The notes: a model not told the origin generated them from the letters alone. A stretch of DNA of 56,788 nt from Fibrobacterales bacterium (GCA_051532055.1 JAOPTX010000014.1:1-56788), one strand, 5' to 3'. Positions 31,780-41,368 are shown, counted from the stretch's first letter. Numbers and translations are program-made.

Positions 31780-32621
31780 ACAGACCCCTTCTGTTTTTCA
31801 ACTGAGTTCGCCAAAGGAAAATACTGCATATTACACTGACACACGGTTTCAATTACCTCAGTACGATTCAGAATAGTGTCAATTTTTTCACGGCACTCCT
31901 TAAGGGCCGCATCAATTTCTCGATAAGACTCGTGAGAAACACCAGCTGTTATCGTCACAATATACCGTTCATCAGGTGTGAATGCGTGGAGCGCTCGCTC
32001 CCCCATCCCAATCATCTTTTTAATATGATTACTCACCGCCTGGCTCACATGATTATTATCCGTACGGAGTCGACAGTTCGTTTGACGATAGGTTCCTTCT
32101 TCTCCGTTTTCCTCTATCAAGTGCAGCTTTAATAATAATTTTACCGAACTCTGTACATCTCTCACAGAAATAGGAGGAGAGAGCATCTTACCCAGTTTAT
32201 GAAAATCTCCTGAAAAACCCTCACTACACAACATCTCCCGTATGACCGGATGATACCACTGACTAAAGTAGTTATAGGTATCTAACTCCAAGGTGAATAC
32301 ATCGGGATTTATGAGTTGCTCAATAGATCGCATTATGGTATCGATCTCTTTTTCATCTTTAATGTGCTTGAGCTGAACGAGAAGCTTAAAATAGCGCTCT
32401 TCACTCTCTTTTTGAGTGACCAATGGGGCTATTTTACCATACGAACCTACTGAAAGAGTTTTTTTACCAGTAAACACCTTGTGGACATACCCTTTAGAAC
32501 TTATTCCCGCTTTTTGGGCAAGTCGTTGATAGGATATTCGACGATCACTCGTTTTGGCATCTTTTATCCAATCGGATAAAAAGGTTTGATAATCCAGATA
32601 ATTAAAAATCGATACTCTCAT
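31776..32621 (-). CDS. TIGR02147 / DUF4423 family protein (N-terminal HTH)
   Basis: IFNYLDYQTFL...SYQRLAQKAGISSKGY...G.K.LS; YFSQWYHPVIRE; LLLKLHLIE; ER...T.GVS; C-terminal QCNMQYFPL; 281 aa. Confidence 0.88.
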   Translation of the reverse strand: MRVSIFNYLDYQTFLSDWIKDAKTSDRRISYQRLAQKAGISSKGYVHKVFTGKKTLSVGSYGKIAPLVTQKESEERYFKLLVQLKHIKDEKEIDTIMRSIEQLINPDVFTLELDTYNYFSQWYHPVIREMLCSEGFSGDFHKLGKMLSPPISVRDVQSSVKLLLKLHLIEENGEEGTYRQTNCRLRTDNNHVSQAVSNHIKKMIGMGERALHAFTPDERYIVTITAGVSHESYREIDAALKECREKIDTILNRTEVIETVCQCNMQYFPLANSVEKQKGSV

Positions 32622-32659
32622 ACCAAAAAGTTAGCAATCAGGTCAATAAGAATAAATGG

Positions 32660-32745
32660 TGGTATACAAATATCACCAATTAAACCCTATTTTATGCCTT
32701 TATTGGTATACGAATTGCCCAAAATTTTTAAATATTGGTATACGA
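32660..32745. promoter_or_regulatory. Three direct copies of a TGGTATAC motif upstream of the TIGR02147 gene
   Basis: TGGTATACAA at 32660; TATTGGTATACGA at 32701 and at 32733. Confidence 0.7.
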
Positions 32746-32760
32746 CTTTACATTCCATCT

Positions 32761-32785
32761 AAAAAAGGGGCACACCAAGTACCCC
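32761..32785 (-). terminator. Intrinsic terminator after the DUF6345-like/partner operon
   Basis: Minus strand GGGGTAC-TTGGT-GTGCCCC-TTTTTT. Confidence 0.7.
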
Positions 32786-32808
32786 CTATTCTGTATATTT
32801 TTCGCCCT

Positions 32809-33771
32809 TTACCTCTTTAGTCGAGCCCTAATATCATAGTGCTTTACTCTACTTTTCTTCCCATCTTTTCGCTGAGCTCGAGCAGGGAGTTGTACATGAT
32901 AGGAATAACTGGGCTCAAGGGAGGTCGTTCCATCATAATTATTTTTAACAGGAAGCCAACTAAGCGCTATCCCTTCTACCTTACTATTAGCCACTTGCTC
33001 TATATCTGACCCAAGATCTTCAGTCAACACCCCCTGAAGCTCTAACAAACCCTCATTAAGAGTTTTTAATTGATAGTGACCTGTGGAAGAAAACTGAGGC
33101 CACCGTACCTTTATCTCTTCAAGTTCACCATATTTATTAAACCAAACTTCGACAAATGAAAGGTTGAGCCGCACTATTCCCCCATTATGTACTCTCCGAA
33201 AACGCACTCCATACCGTATAATTTCTTCCTTCTCTACTGAAAGCTGCGAGCCATCAATAGGGAGCTCAGACACGGTTTCTTGTGCAAGAGTTTCAAACTC
33301 CAGTTCTCCAGCTAAAGCCACAAGCTGTGTATTGAGTATTTTTTGTGCATCCTTTTGAGCTTTTTTAGAATTGTAGGATTTGACACGGTTTTTTCTTTTT
33401 TGTTTTGGTAAAAAGCGAAACATTTTTGAGCGAGCATCATAATCAACATGTAGAGCTCGATATTTTACTCCTTGTGCGAGTAGACGCGTCATTGACGCTT
33501 TATTAAGAGGATATTCTGCACGATAGCCCGAAACCACGCTACCCCTCCACGAAGTAACACTCGGTGCTTTTGATTTCCCCTTTCCGAATGCCTGATAGCT
33601 ACTTGTGGCACGTTGAGTATAAGACTGCACTTCCTGGCCTGTTTTCAAACCTGAACGAAACTGCTCCCCTCCCTTTTTATAAAAATTGACAACAAATGCC
33701 TCACTCTCTGGAGACAATTGCTGAGCTGAAAGAGAAATAATAACGGTCAATAAAAGAATTAATAATTTCAT
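32809..33771 (-). CDS. Secreted basic protein with FTP/PepSY (YcdB/YcdC-like) propeptide-type fold
   Basis: Signal peptide; YGVRFRRVHNG..V....VEVWFNKYGEL....W and IALSW...LEPSYSY resemble propeptide-like partner domains; Lys/Arg-rich. Confidence 0.6.
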   Translation of the reverse strand: MKLLILLLTVIISLSAQQLSPESEAFVVNFYKKGGEQFRSGLKTGQEVQSYTQRATSSYQAFGKGKSKAPSVTSWRGSVVSGYRAEYPLNKASMTRLLAQGVKYRALHVDYDARSKMFRFLPKQKRKNRVKSYNSKKAQKDAQKILNTQLVALAGELEFETLAQETVSELPIDGSQLSVEKEEIIRYGVRFRRVHNGGIVRLNLSFVEVWFNKYGELEEIKVRWPQFSSTGHYQLKTLNEGLLELQGVLTEDLGSDIEQVANSKVEGIALSWLPVKNNYDGTTSLEPSYSYHVQLPARAQRKDGKKSRVKHYDIRARLKR

Positions 33772-33782
33772 AGCAATACTCC

Positions 33783-34613
33783 TTAATAAGTTGGGGTTCC
33801 ATAAACCACTGTGTTCCGCGCAATAAACTGACGTGCAGCTCCCACAGCTCTACCATTGTATACATTTGCGAACGTCTCTTCTGCTCCATTAAAAGGCACA
33901 CCATCTGCTGTCCCCTTTACATAAACCACTTTAATCTCTTGTGACAACCCGATATCTTGATACAGCTCAGAATAGATGGCTGATTTGTAGGCCTCCCACA
34001 TAGTCTTCCCTTGAACTATCCATTGATAACTCCACTCATCCCATTTTTCGTATGAATAATTGCCATTTTTATAGCCACTCTGCACAGAAGAACTATACCC
34101 AAAGATTGCGTGTAATCCATCAAACACCGGAAGCAAGTTATTCAACGTATACCGGAGAGAATATGACGCATCATAAAAAAGCCATTTAGTATAACTGCCC
34201 CCATATTCCTTATCAGTTGGAGCGACTATCCCCCCATCATAACAGATAGGACCAAGAGCAAGCTTACCCCCATCATATGATCCATTAGGATCGATTTTAT
34301 TGTGACCAGAAAAAAACACAAACTCTGAATTATTTGATGTCGTCCCGGTCATAAAGCTTTTAGTGACCGCCGCATCTTTATACTTATGGGTCGATTGATT
34401 GCTTCTTACCGATACTCCCGCAGCAGATGCACGGGTCTTTAAGTTATCAACAAATGCATCGGCATTTTCGTGGCTATATGGCAAAGAAAGATGCCCAACT
34501 TGCCGATACGATTCTACGGAAAAAGAGGTGATCCAAGCGTACTGAAGAGTACCCCATCCTCCAGCACAAATAATAGTGGTAAAACTCAATACCAGAAACA
34601 ATATTTTCATCAT
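33783..34613 (-). CDS. Secreted DUF6345-like (clan CD caspase-fold) protein, catalytic Cys replaced by Ser
   Basis: Signal peptide; FVFFSGH, G...KWLFYDAS, FDGLHAIFGY, W..G.T.WEAY pattern recognised as DUF6345-like. Confidence 0.7.
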   Translation of the reverse strand: MMKILFLVLSFTTIICAGGWGTLQYAWITSFSVESYRQVGHLSLPYSHENADAFVDNLKTRASAAGVSVRSNQSTHKYKDAAVTKSFMTGTTSNNSEFVFFSGHNKIDPNGSYDGGKLALGPICYDGGIVAPTDKEYGGSYTKWLFYDASYSLRYTLNNLLPVFDGLHAIFGYSSSVQSGYKNGNYSYEKWDEWSYQWIVQGKTMWEAYKSAIYSELYQDIGLSQEIKVVYVKGTADGVPFNGAEETFANVYNGRAVGAARQFIARNTVVYGTPTY

Positions 34614-34788
34614 ACTATGGTCCTTTTTGAAGGTGAATTGACTGATTTAAAACTTGACCCTCTCTCAAGTTCTGGCCAAAAGTATAGTCATTACTCTTTT
34701 ATATTACAGATCAATTAGAAGGAAACGAATATTCGCTTAAAAATTAATTTTTTACTAACTAATGGGTCAGCCCCCTCTAAACACCAAC

Positions 34789-34898
34789 TCGTATGACAAT
34801 TTGGTATACGAATATTTAACACATAGTTTTTATAAGCGTTAGTATCAGTATAATTATATGTCAATAAGAACGCATCAAAAATTATCATTTGGTATACA
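34789..34898. promoter_or_regulatory. TTGGTATAC motif copies upstream of the DUF6345-like operon
   Basis: Imperfect 23-bp palindrome TCGTATGACAATTTGGTATACGA (34789-34811) and TTTGGTATACA (34888-34898). Confidence 0.7.
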
Positions 34899-34943
34899 CT
34901 ACCATACATAGCACTGCTTAAACTTTACTATTCAGAATGGGAC

Positions 34944-34973
34944 AAAAAAAACTCATTTACAATAAATGAGTTT
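34944..34973 (-). terminator. Terminator after the solute-binding protein gene
   Basis: AAACTCATTTA-CAA-TAAATGAGTTT with a T tract on the minus strand; AT-rich, weak. Confidence 0.55.
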
Positions 34974-35034
34974 AATAGATATCTCTCAAAAAAGTAATAG
35001 TTCCACAAATCTCTTTCCAGATTTGCCAAATCCT

Positions 35035-36015
35035 CTATTTAAGTAACTTGCGTGTAAATCCTTTAAACTTTTCTTTATATGAGGCCGCTTCAATAAAGTC
35101 GATATACATGATACTTAAATCATCTACAAGGGGAAGATAGTCAGGGCGATCGACACTTCCTCTCAATGGAATCAGTGCTCCGTTACCATACGCAAGAGAC
35201 GATTCTGTCTCATCCGTGAGTAGGTAGTCTATAAATGAAACCCCATTGTCTCTATTAGGCGCATCGGCAATGAGAGCAACCGTGTGAGGAATTAAAATGG
35301 TCCCCATCCCTTTATCAGGGAAGATCACATCGAGTGCACTATTCTTTTGCATTGCCCTATGGGCATCACTCATGTCAGTTATACCGACTGGTACGGTACC
35401 CGCAGCAACAAGGTCACCCACGCTATTACCCTTTTGTGTAAATACAAATTTAGTCTCGAGCATTGTTTCGAGCAACTGCTCAGTTTTACGTTTTCCAATC
35501 ACAGCACAGAGGCCAGTCATATGCAACAAGCTATTGCCCGAAATGGGTTTTTCAACAGCAACCTTACCCAACCATATATCTCCAGTAAGCTCATACACAG
35601 ACCGAGGAACAAGTGATTCATCAACTAAGCTTTTATTAAAAAGAATGACACGAGATTGGGCACTAAAAGCCGTCCAATAGCCAAGACTATCTTTATACTG
35701 TTCGGGATATTCATTAAATGATTGAGATTTATAGGACTCAAGAACCCCTTCAATTCTAAGGTCGATTGTCCCTGCAACTGATGCATTCCAAAAGATATCC
35801 GCCTTACCCTCTCCCTTTTCGGCAAGTAGTTTATCATGAATATCATCTGCCCCATATTGAGGCTGTACAACAATTCCTGTTTTTTCGGTAAATGTATTAA
35901 AGAGTGGTTCAGCTACTGCCTTATCTACAGTGGTATAGACAACTACTTCACCTGCGCTACACCCAATAAAAAGGGCAATACAACATACTAATCCGGTAAC
36001 AATCAACTTTCTCAT
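35035..36015 (-). CDS. ABC transporter substrate-binding lipoprotein, Fe3+/AfuA-FbpA-like
   Basis: Lipobox FIGC; VVVYT...FTEKTGI.V, ADIFW, LESYKS, D..GYW, IFPD.G.GT...P..VAL, FIDYLL. Confidence 0.85.
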   Translation of the reverse strand: MRKLIVTGLVCCIALFIGCSAGEVVVYTTVDKAVAEPLFNTFTEKTGIVVQPQYGADDIHDKLLAEKGEGKADIFWNASVAGTIDLRIEGVLESYKSQSFNEYPEQYKDSLGYWTAFSAQSRVILFNKSLVDESLVPRSVYELTGDIWLGKVAVEKPISGNSLLHMTGLCAVIGKRKTEQLLETMLETKFVFTQKGNSVGDLVAAGTVPVGITDMSDAHRAMQKNSALDVIFPDKGMGTILIPHTVALIADAPNRDNGVSFIDYLLTDETESSLAYGNGALIPLRGSVDRPDYLPLVDDLSIMYIDFIEAASYKEKFKGFTRKLLK

Positions 36016-36165
36016 AAGAATTCCTTAGTAATAAACAATTCCCCAAATATTACCCCCAACTCCCAGAGTGAGTAAATATTCATAAATTTTTAGATTCAGT
36101 AAAGCAGAATTAGTCCTTCTGAGGCTCATTAGTGTATAATTAACAGTATTTTACTTAAATTAGAC

Positions 36166-36831
36166 TTATTTTAGGTTTTCAACGACGTCTAAATCAATGG
36201 ACTCCGGCATACCATCCAAAACAGAATCTAAATCTCGAATGATATTTTCTTTACGCCGTACAGTATCATTAAAAAAGCCAACCACATATTCATCAACAGC
36301 AATGAGCATCATAAATAGAAGACCGAGAGCACCCATATACTTCAATTCTATTGAAACTAATGCACTATTTGCCACAACGAGAAGAAGAGCCCCTAGTACT
36401 CCGATAGCACCTATTCCTTTTAACAGCATTTTACTTCCCACTTTGGGTTTCAAATCACTAATGACCATCAGGACAAAATCTCTAGAATAGCACCCATTAC
36501 TCTTGAGCCACAAACTCATTTGAAGTAACCGGTATCTATGATAGTTCGTTGCATTTTTTAAAAGTGGTGCATCACATTCAAGACCAGTGCGACCTTCCGC
36601 TTCTTTTTTAAGGTACATGTTGAGCAACACTATTTGAGTTAGGGCAATGGGCCCCAATAACAACAAACTCACGAGAGTACTCCCGCCCAGCGCAATAAAA
36701 ACCAACCAAAGAAGAGGAAGGGGTACACTCAATGCGTAACACCAACAACCCTTCCCCGCCGAAAACTCTATGGTTCGATAGTAATCATATACCTTCTCAG
36801 AATGTTCGTATCTCATATATCTCCTCATCAT
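36166..36831 (-). CDS. Hypothetical membrane protein (about 4 TM)
   Basis: 221 aa with two pairs of hydrophobic segments. Confidence 0.6.
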   Translation of the reverse strand: MMRRYMRYEHSEKVYDYYRTIEFSAGKGCWCYALSVPLPLLWLVFIALGGSTLVSLLLLGPIALTQIVLLNMYLKKEAEGRTGLECDAPLLKNATNYHRYRLLQMSLWLKSNGCYSRDFVLMVISDLKPKVGSKMLLKGIGAIGVLGALLLVVANSALVSIELKYMGALGLLFMMLIAVDEYVVGFFNDTVRRKENIIRDLDSVLDGMPESIDLDVVENLK

Positions 36832-37128
36832 CTATACGTCTCTAAATAGAATGGTAATCAATGATTCTCACTCTCTGTATCCCTTATTCAAAAGGGGGCA
36901 CATTTCCGTAGACTACTATAGGAATTCGTATACTCACCTAAACGCAACCATTAAAACAAAAAACACAAGTGCTCTCTATACCAAATCCATTCTTACCAAA
37001 AGAAACAATTTAGACCCTCAATTCTCTCTGATTTTTAGCAAGTTTAATACTAAGCAACAACACAACATGTATTCTGACACCACTCCCGCACAAGAGTGGA
37101 CTCTGTTAGATGCACTCGAGGGACACCA

Positions 37129-38799
37129 ATGATTTTAAAACCACACTGTATAGCCCGAGCTCTATCTGTACTGCTCGTTACCATTTTACCCAGCACTCTG
37201 TTTGCACAAGAAACTGAAGCTCCAAAAGATTGGCGTGCAGGAGAAATCCAATCTGTCGAAGAATTCGAATATGGAAAATTCAGCTCACGCATTTACTGCT
37301 CTAACCTTTCTGGAACCATCTCTACTTTTTTCCTCTTTGCTAATTTGGGTTGGTCAGATGAAGATAACTGGCAAGAGATCGATTTCGAAATGTTTGGTCG
37401 CGATGGAGCCTACGAGTGGCAAACCAATGTAATCTATCAGAGTAATCCTACCGCAAATAATACTATGAACGAAAAACATCAACACACCGCCTTTAGTGTC
37501 GGCGAAGGGTGGCACACTTTTACTATCGAATGGTCACCCGAAAAAATCCTTTGGTTGATCGATGATGATGAATATTATCGTTTTGAAGATGGTGGTGCCC
37601 TCGGCATTATTAATGGTCCCCTCAAAATGATGTTTAATCTCTGGACTCATAAAGATGGATGGGGCGGTACTTTAGATGATGGTGGACTTCCCGCATATCA
37701 GTTTATGGATTGGGTTTCTTATTACCCTCATACCGGCGGACACACTTTTGCCGATGAACCAACCTTTTTTGATGACTTTAAGGACCTCGACAACTGGTCA
37801 GTATCAACCCATTCATGGGAAGAGAACCGTGCAACCTTTGATACAAATAATGTTGGTATTATCAATGAAGATATTGCCGTTCTTGCCCTCTCGTACAAAA
37901 CGGGAACCGGCATTAGCCCGTTTCATCCGGCAAAACTTTCGGAAGACACCACATATTCTATTTCAACTCATAATGAATCAGATTGTATTACCCTATCTCA
38001 GGAAGAGACTATTGTTCTTGAACCGTGTGCAAATAGCAAAGCGCAAATATGGCACTTTACCTATGCTCGTGAAGGGTATCACTACTTGACCCATGCACTT
38101 TCCGGAAAGACCCTCGGAGTCGATGGTTCGGTTGTAACCCTCTCGGATATTCAAGGAGATGACCAACAGTTCCGCGTTATTTGGATAAAAGGCTCAGATA
38201 ATCATCACTTCTTCCCTAAAGGCTCTATCATTGACGAAACAGAAATCAGACTCGCTCGTGATGGCAGTGAACTCACCATCGGAAGTGATGATGCTCAGTC
38301 ACTCTTTGTAATCAAACCGGCAGCGTTACCCATAGAATCATCGGCAGAGTCATCTGATGCAGTATCATCGTTTGAGTCGTCATCAAATCCAGGGATAAGT
38401 TCTTTGTCATCAGCCCCAGGAGATCCAACGAACACATCATCAAGCAGCGAGGAGAACCCAGAGGGTAGTGACACCGATGAGGAGTCATCTGAAGAAATTG
38501 ATGAGGAGTTGGATACTAGAGAGTCGAGTCAACTGAGTGATGAGAGCAGTATCGAAGAACGGGCTCCTCTTCTTTCGGCAAACAACCTCCCCATCTCAAT
38601 AGTACAGAGTTCAGGTGCAGTGACTATTTTTAATGACAACGTTATTATTGAGCTTTTCACCCTCCAAGGGACTGTACTCAATTCAGTAAAAGGCCCTAAC
38701 TCGGTCAATTATTCAGGTCTTGAAGCAGGGGTTTATATAATAAGTATGACACATAGAGAAAGCACAAAAAACACCTTCACTGCACTTCAGATTCACTAA
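37129..38799 (+). CDS. GH16 beta-1,3-1,4-glucanase (circularly permuted, Fibrobacter-type) + ricin-B-like module + acidic/Ser linker + C-terminal sorting-like domain
   Basis: WQEIDFE catalytic motif, YGKF, WHTFTIEWSP, MFNLW; QIW / QQF ricin-like motifs; tail LFTLQG...GLEAGVYII. Start ATG 37129 after GAGGG. Confidence 0.9.
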   Translation: MILKPHCIARALSVLLVTILPSTLFAQETEAPKDWRAGEIQSVEEFEYGKFSSRIYCSNLSGTISTFFLFANLGWSDEDNWQEIDFEMFGRDGAYEWQTNVIYQSNPTANNTMNEKHQHTAFSVGEGWHTFTIEWSPEKILWLIDDDEYYRFEDGGALGIINGPLKMMFNLWTHKDGWGGTLDDGGLPAYQFMDWVSYYPHTGGHTFADEPTFFDDFKDLDNWSVSTHSWEENRATFDTNNVGIINEDIAVLALSYKTGTGISPFHPAKLSEDTTYSISTHNESDCITLSQEETIVLEPCANSKAQIWHFTYAREGYHYLTHALSGKTLGVDGSVVTLSDIQGDDQQFRVIWIKGSDNHHFFPKGSIIDETEIRLARDGSELTIGSDDAQSLFVIKPAALPIESSAESSDAVSSFESSSNPGISSLSSAPGDPTNTSSSSEENPEGSDTDEESSEEIDEELDTRESSQLSDESSIEERAPLLSANNLPISIVQSSGAVTIFNDNVIIELFTLQGTVLNSVKGPNSVNYSGLEAGVYIISMTHRESTKNTFTALQIH

Positions 38800-38884
38800 A
38801 TCTCAATAGTACTATCATGGGTACCATAAGATCCCTGTACAAATCCTCTTTTGATTACATTTCAATGGAGGGTTTTAGCTATTC

Positions 38885-39166
38885 CTACTGATGTTCCCTA
38901 ACAGTATGACACAGATCCATGACAGCGCTCTTCAACTCAAATAAGAGCTCGCTATACACTTTATAATGAGAATTATATTCTGTTTCACTGATAGAATCGA
39001 TATTAATATCTTGAATGAGGGTATAGCAAAGGAGCCGTTCTTGATTGCAGCCTTTACACCCTTCCGAGTCGGTACACATATTTTGAAGCGTGTAGAATAC
39101 CTCTTTAAAATCCTCGTAGTGGAGCTGAATCTCGTTACTCATATCTTCAATAGGCACGTTTGTCAT
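38885..39166 (-). CDS. Small hypothetical protein with Cys cluster
   Basis: 93 aa; CTDSEGCKGCNQERLLC. Confidence 0.5.
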   Translation of the reverse strand: MTNVPIEDMSNEIQLHYEDFKEVFYTLQNMCTDSEGCKGCNQERLLCYTLIQDINIDSISETEYNSHYKVYSELLFELKSAVMDLCHTVREHQ

Positions 39167-39404
39167 TCAATAATATAATAAGATATTAAAAGTCAGCGTT
39201 CTCAAAAGGAATTCTATAAGAGATACATACAATATCAAGTCTCTGTATTTTAATAGATTTCATAGTATTTATCATCAATTACTACCACTGAAAAACGACT
39301 TCCAACGTATCAAATTCTAAAACTCCCCTATACCTATCAATTACTTATGGAATTATCTCATAAAAATTAAGATACTCTATTAACTGACCGTAGCTTGTGA
39401 ACTC

Positions 39405-41246
39405 ATGGCAAAACAAAAACCCCTCTCTTTTAAATGGCTCATTGCAGCAGGCTTTATAGGAAATATCTTTCTCATTATAGGATTTTCCAATCTCATGAGT
39501 ATCAAATCATTATCCCCCTACCACATCGTAACCATAGGGACCTCTATAATTATTGGTTTCGGTATAATAGGTTCTGTACTCTATAACATACATCAACTAA
39601 TACATCGATCTGGCGGCACTCAATTACAACTTGAAGAGCAGGTAGAAATTGCACAACAACTCTATAATAAGCTCGAAGATTCAAATGCTATTAAATCAGA
39701 AGTTGTTTCAAATTTAAGTCATGAGCTACGAACACCATTAAATGGTATTCTGGGAATGAATGAGATACTCTTATCCCATGACCTTAATGAAGAACAAACC
39801 GAAATAGCAACTACTGTTCAAAATTGCGGTAAAGCTCTCGTTCATCTTATTGATGATCTACTTGACCTCTCCTCGCTACAGCAGGGTTCTCTGGTAACTC
39901 AAGAAATCCCCTTTGATCTTCAATCACTTATTTCTGAGACGATAGAAGCCCACAGTCAACCTGCGCTAGAGAAGAATCTCGTCCTCAACTACACCATTGA
40001 TGAAAAAGTTCCCATCTATCTAAAGGGTGACCCTGCTCGAATACGACAGGTCTTTGGCTATTTAATCAGTAATGCAATTAAGTTTACCCCGAGTGGAACC
40101 ATCACCATTGAAGTATTAGCTATACTCCATGAAAAAAATAGGGCTCTCTTACGGTTGGCAGTGAGAGACACTGGGATAGGAATTCTCAAATCCCAACTCG
40201 GAAAGCTTTTCGAACCATTTACCCAAGGTGATGGCTCCCATATACGAAAATATGGCGGCACAGGAATCGGGTTAACTCTTGCGAAACAAATTGTCGACAT
40301 TTTAGAAGGTGAAATCGGGTGTGACTCTATCATTGATAAAGGCTCTTATTTCTGGTTTGACACGTTATTCAAAATACAAAAAGAGAAACCGGTCCAACAA
40401 CTCACTGGTGGTACATTAAAGGACGTACCTATTCTCATTGTTGATGATAATGAACTCAACATTAGAATACTTCGAAAACAACTTGAACATCACGAAATGG
40501 TTATCACTGCAGCCAGCGATGGCGCTGAAGCACTCCATATGATATACTCGCATTATGAGGCAGGAGCTCCATTTAAGTTGGTTATTTCTGACATGATCAT
40601 GCCAGGAATGGGTGGTATGGAGCTCGGACAAGCTCTCCGTACCAAGGAACAGTTTAACGACCTGCAACTCTTACTTCTCACCTCGCATGCACTCAAAGGT
40701 GATGCTCAATTAGCAGAGGAAAGTGGATTCAATGCCTATTTAACCAAGCCCGCCAAAGAACATATCCTTACTGATATTCTCACCCGTATGATGTCGAGTA
40801 CGCCCAGTACTCATCTTATTACTCAGCACAGCATTCGTGAAGAAAAGCACATTTTCCATAATTGCAGCGCTAAAGTTCTCGTAGTAGAGGACGAACTCAC
40901 CAATCAGATTATAACTCAATCACTTCTTAATACAATGGGAATAGTCAATGTTATCATTGCTGAAAATGGTAAGGTTGCCCTTGATGTTTTAAAAGGGGAA
41001 CCGATAGACTTTGTCTTTATGGATATTCAGATGCCCGAGATGGATGGTGTCACCGCGACTAAAATCATTCGATCACCAAGTTCACCTGCATTAAATCCTC
41101 AAGTACCCATATATGCTCTTACTACGCATAGTGAGAAAGAAGAAATTAAAAAATACCTCAAGGCAGGAATGAATGGCCATCTTATGAAGCCAATTAATCT
41201 GGCTAAATTTGGTGAGGCTATGGTTAAGTGGCTTCCTGATCAATAA
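39405..41246 (+). CDS. Hybrid sensor histidine kinase with two receiver domains
   Basis: Two TMs; H-box SHELRTPLNGI; SNAIKFT; DTGIGI; GGTGIGL; receivers ISDMIMP and FMDIQMP. Confidence 0.93.
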   Translation: MAKQKPLSFKWLIAAGFIGNIFLIIGFSNLMSIKSLSPYHIVTIGTSIIIGFGIIGSVLYNIHQLIHRSGGTQLQLEEQVEIAQQLYNKLEDSNAIKSEVVSNLSHELRTPLNGILGMNEILLSHDLNEEQTEIATTVQNCGKALVHLIDDLLDLSSLQQGSLVTQEIPFDLQSLISETIEAHSQPALEKNLVLNYTIDEKVPIYLKGDPARIRQVFGYLISNAIKFTPSGTITIEVLAILHEKNRALLRLAVRDTGIGILKSQLGKLFEPFTQGDGSHIRKYGGTGIGLTLAKQIVDILEGEIGCDSIIDKGSYFWFDTLFKIQKEKPVQQLTGGTLKDVPILIVDDNELNIRILRKQLEHHEMVITAASDGAEALHMIYSHYEAGAPFKLVISDMIMPGMGGMELGQALRTKEQFNDLQLLLLTSHALKGDAQLAEESGFNAYLTKPAKEHILTDILTRMMSSTPSTHLITQHSIREEKHIFHNCSAKVLVVEDELTNQIITQSLLNTMGIVNVIIAENGKVALDVLKGEPIDFVFMDIQMPEMDGVTATKIIRSPSSPALNPQVPIYALTTHSEKEEIKKYLKAGMNGHLMKPINLAKFGEAMVKWLPDQ

Positions 41247-41275
41247 TGTCGTTTTAGAATAGTAATCTACGCAAC

Positions 41276-41302
41276 GAAAGCTGATACTTTGTACCAGCTT
41301 TC
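41276..41302. terminator. Hairpin between convergent genes
   Basis: GAAAGCTGATAC-TTT-GTACCAGCTTTC. Confidence 0.55.
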
Positions 41303-41368
41303 AAAAAAATATCATCGATATATCATCTAACCATTTCAGTCACTATCAAATAAGCCTCTATATCAAAA

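Noticed and set aside
32660..32745. Mini-CRISPR interpretation of the TGGTATAC repeats
   Set aside because: Repeats are only 8-13 bp with irregular spacing, and no cas genes are present; they fit operator sites better.
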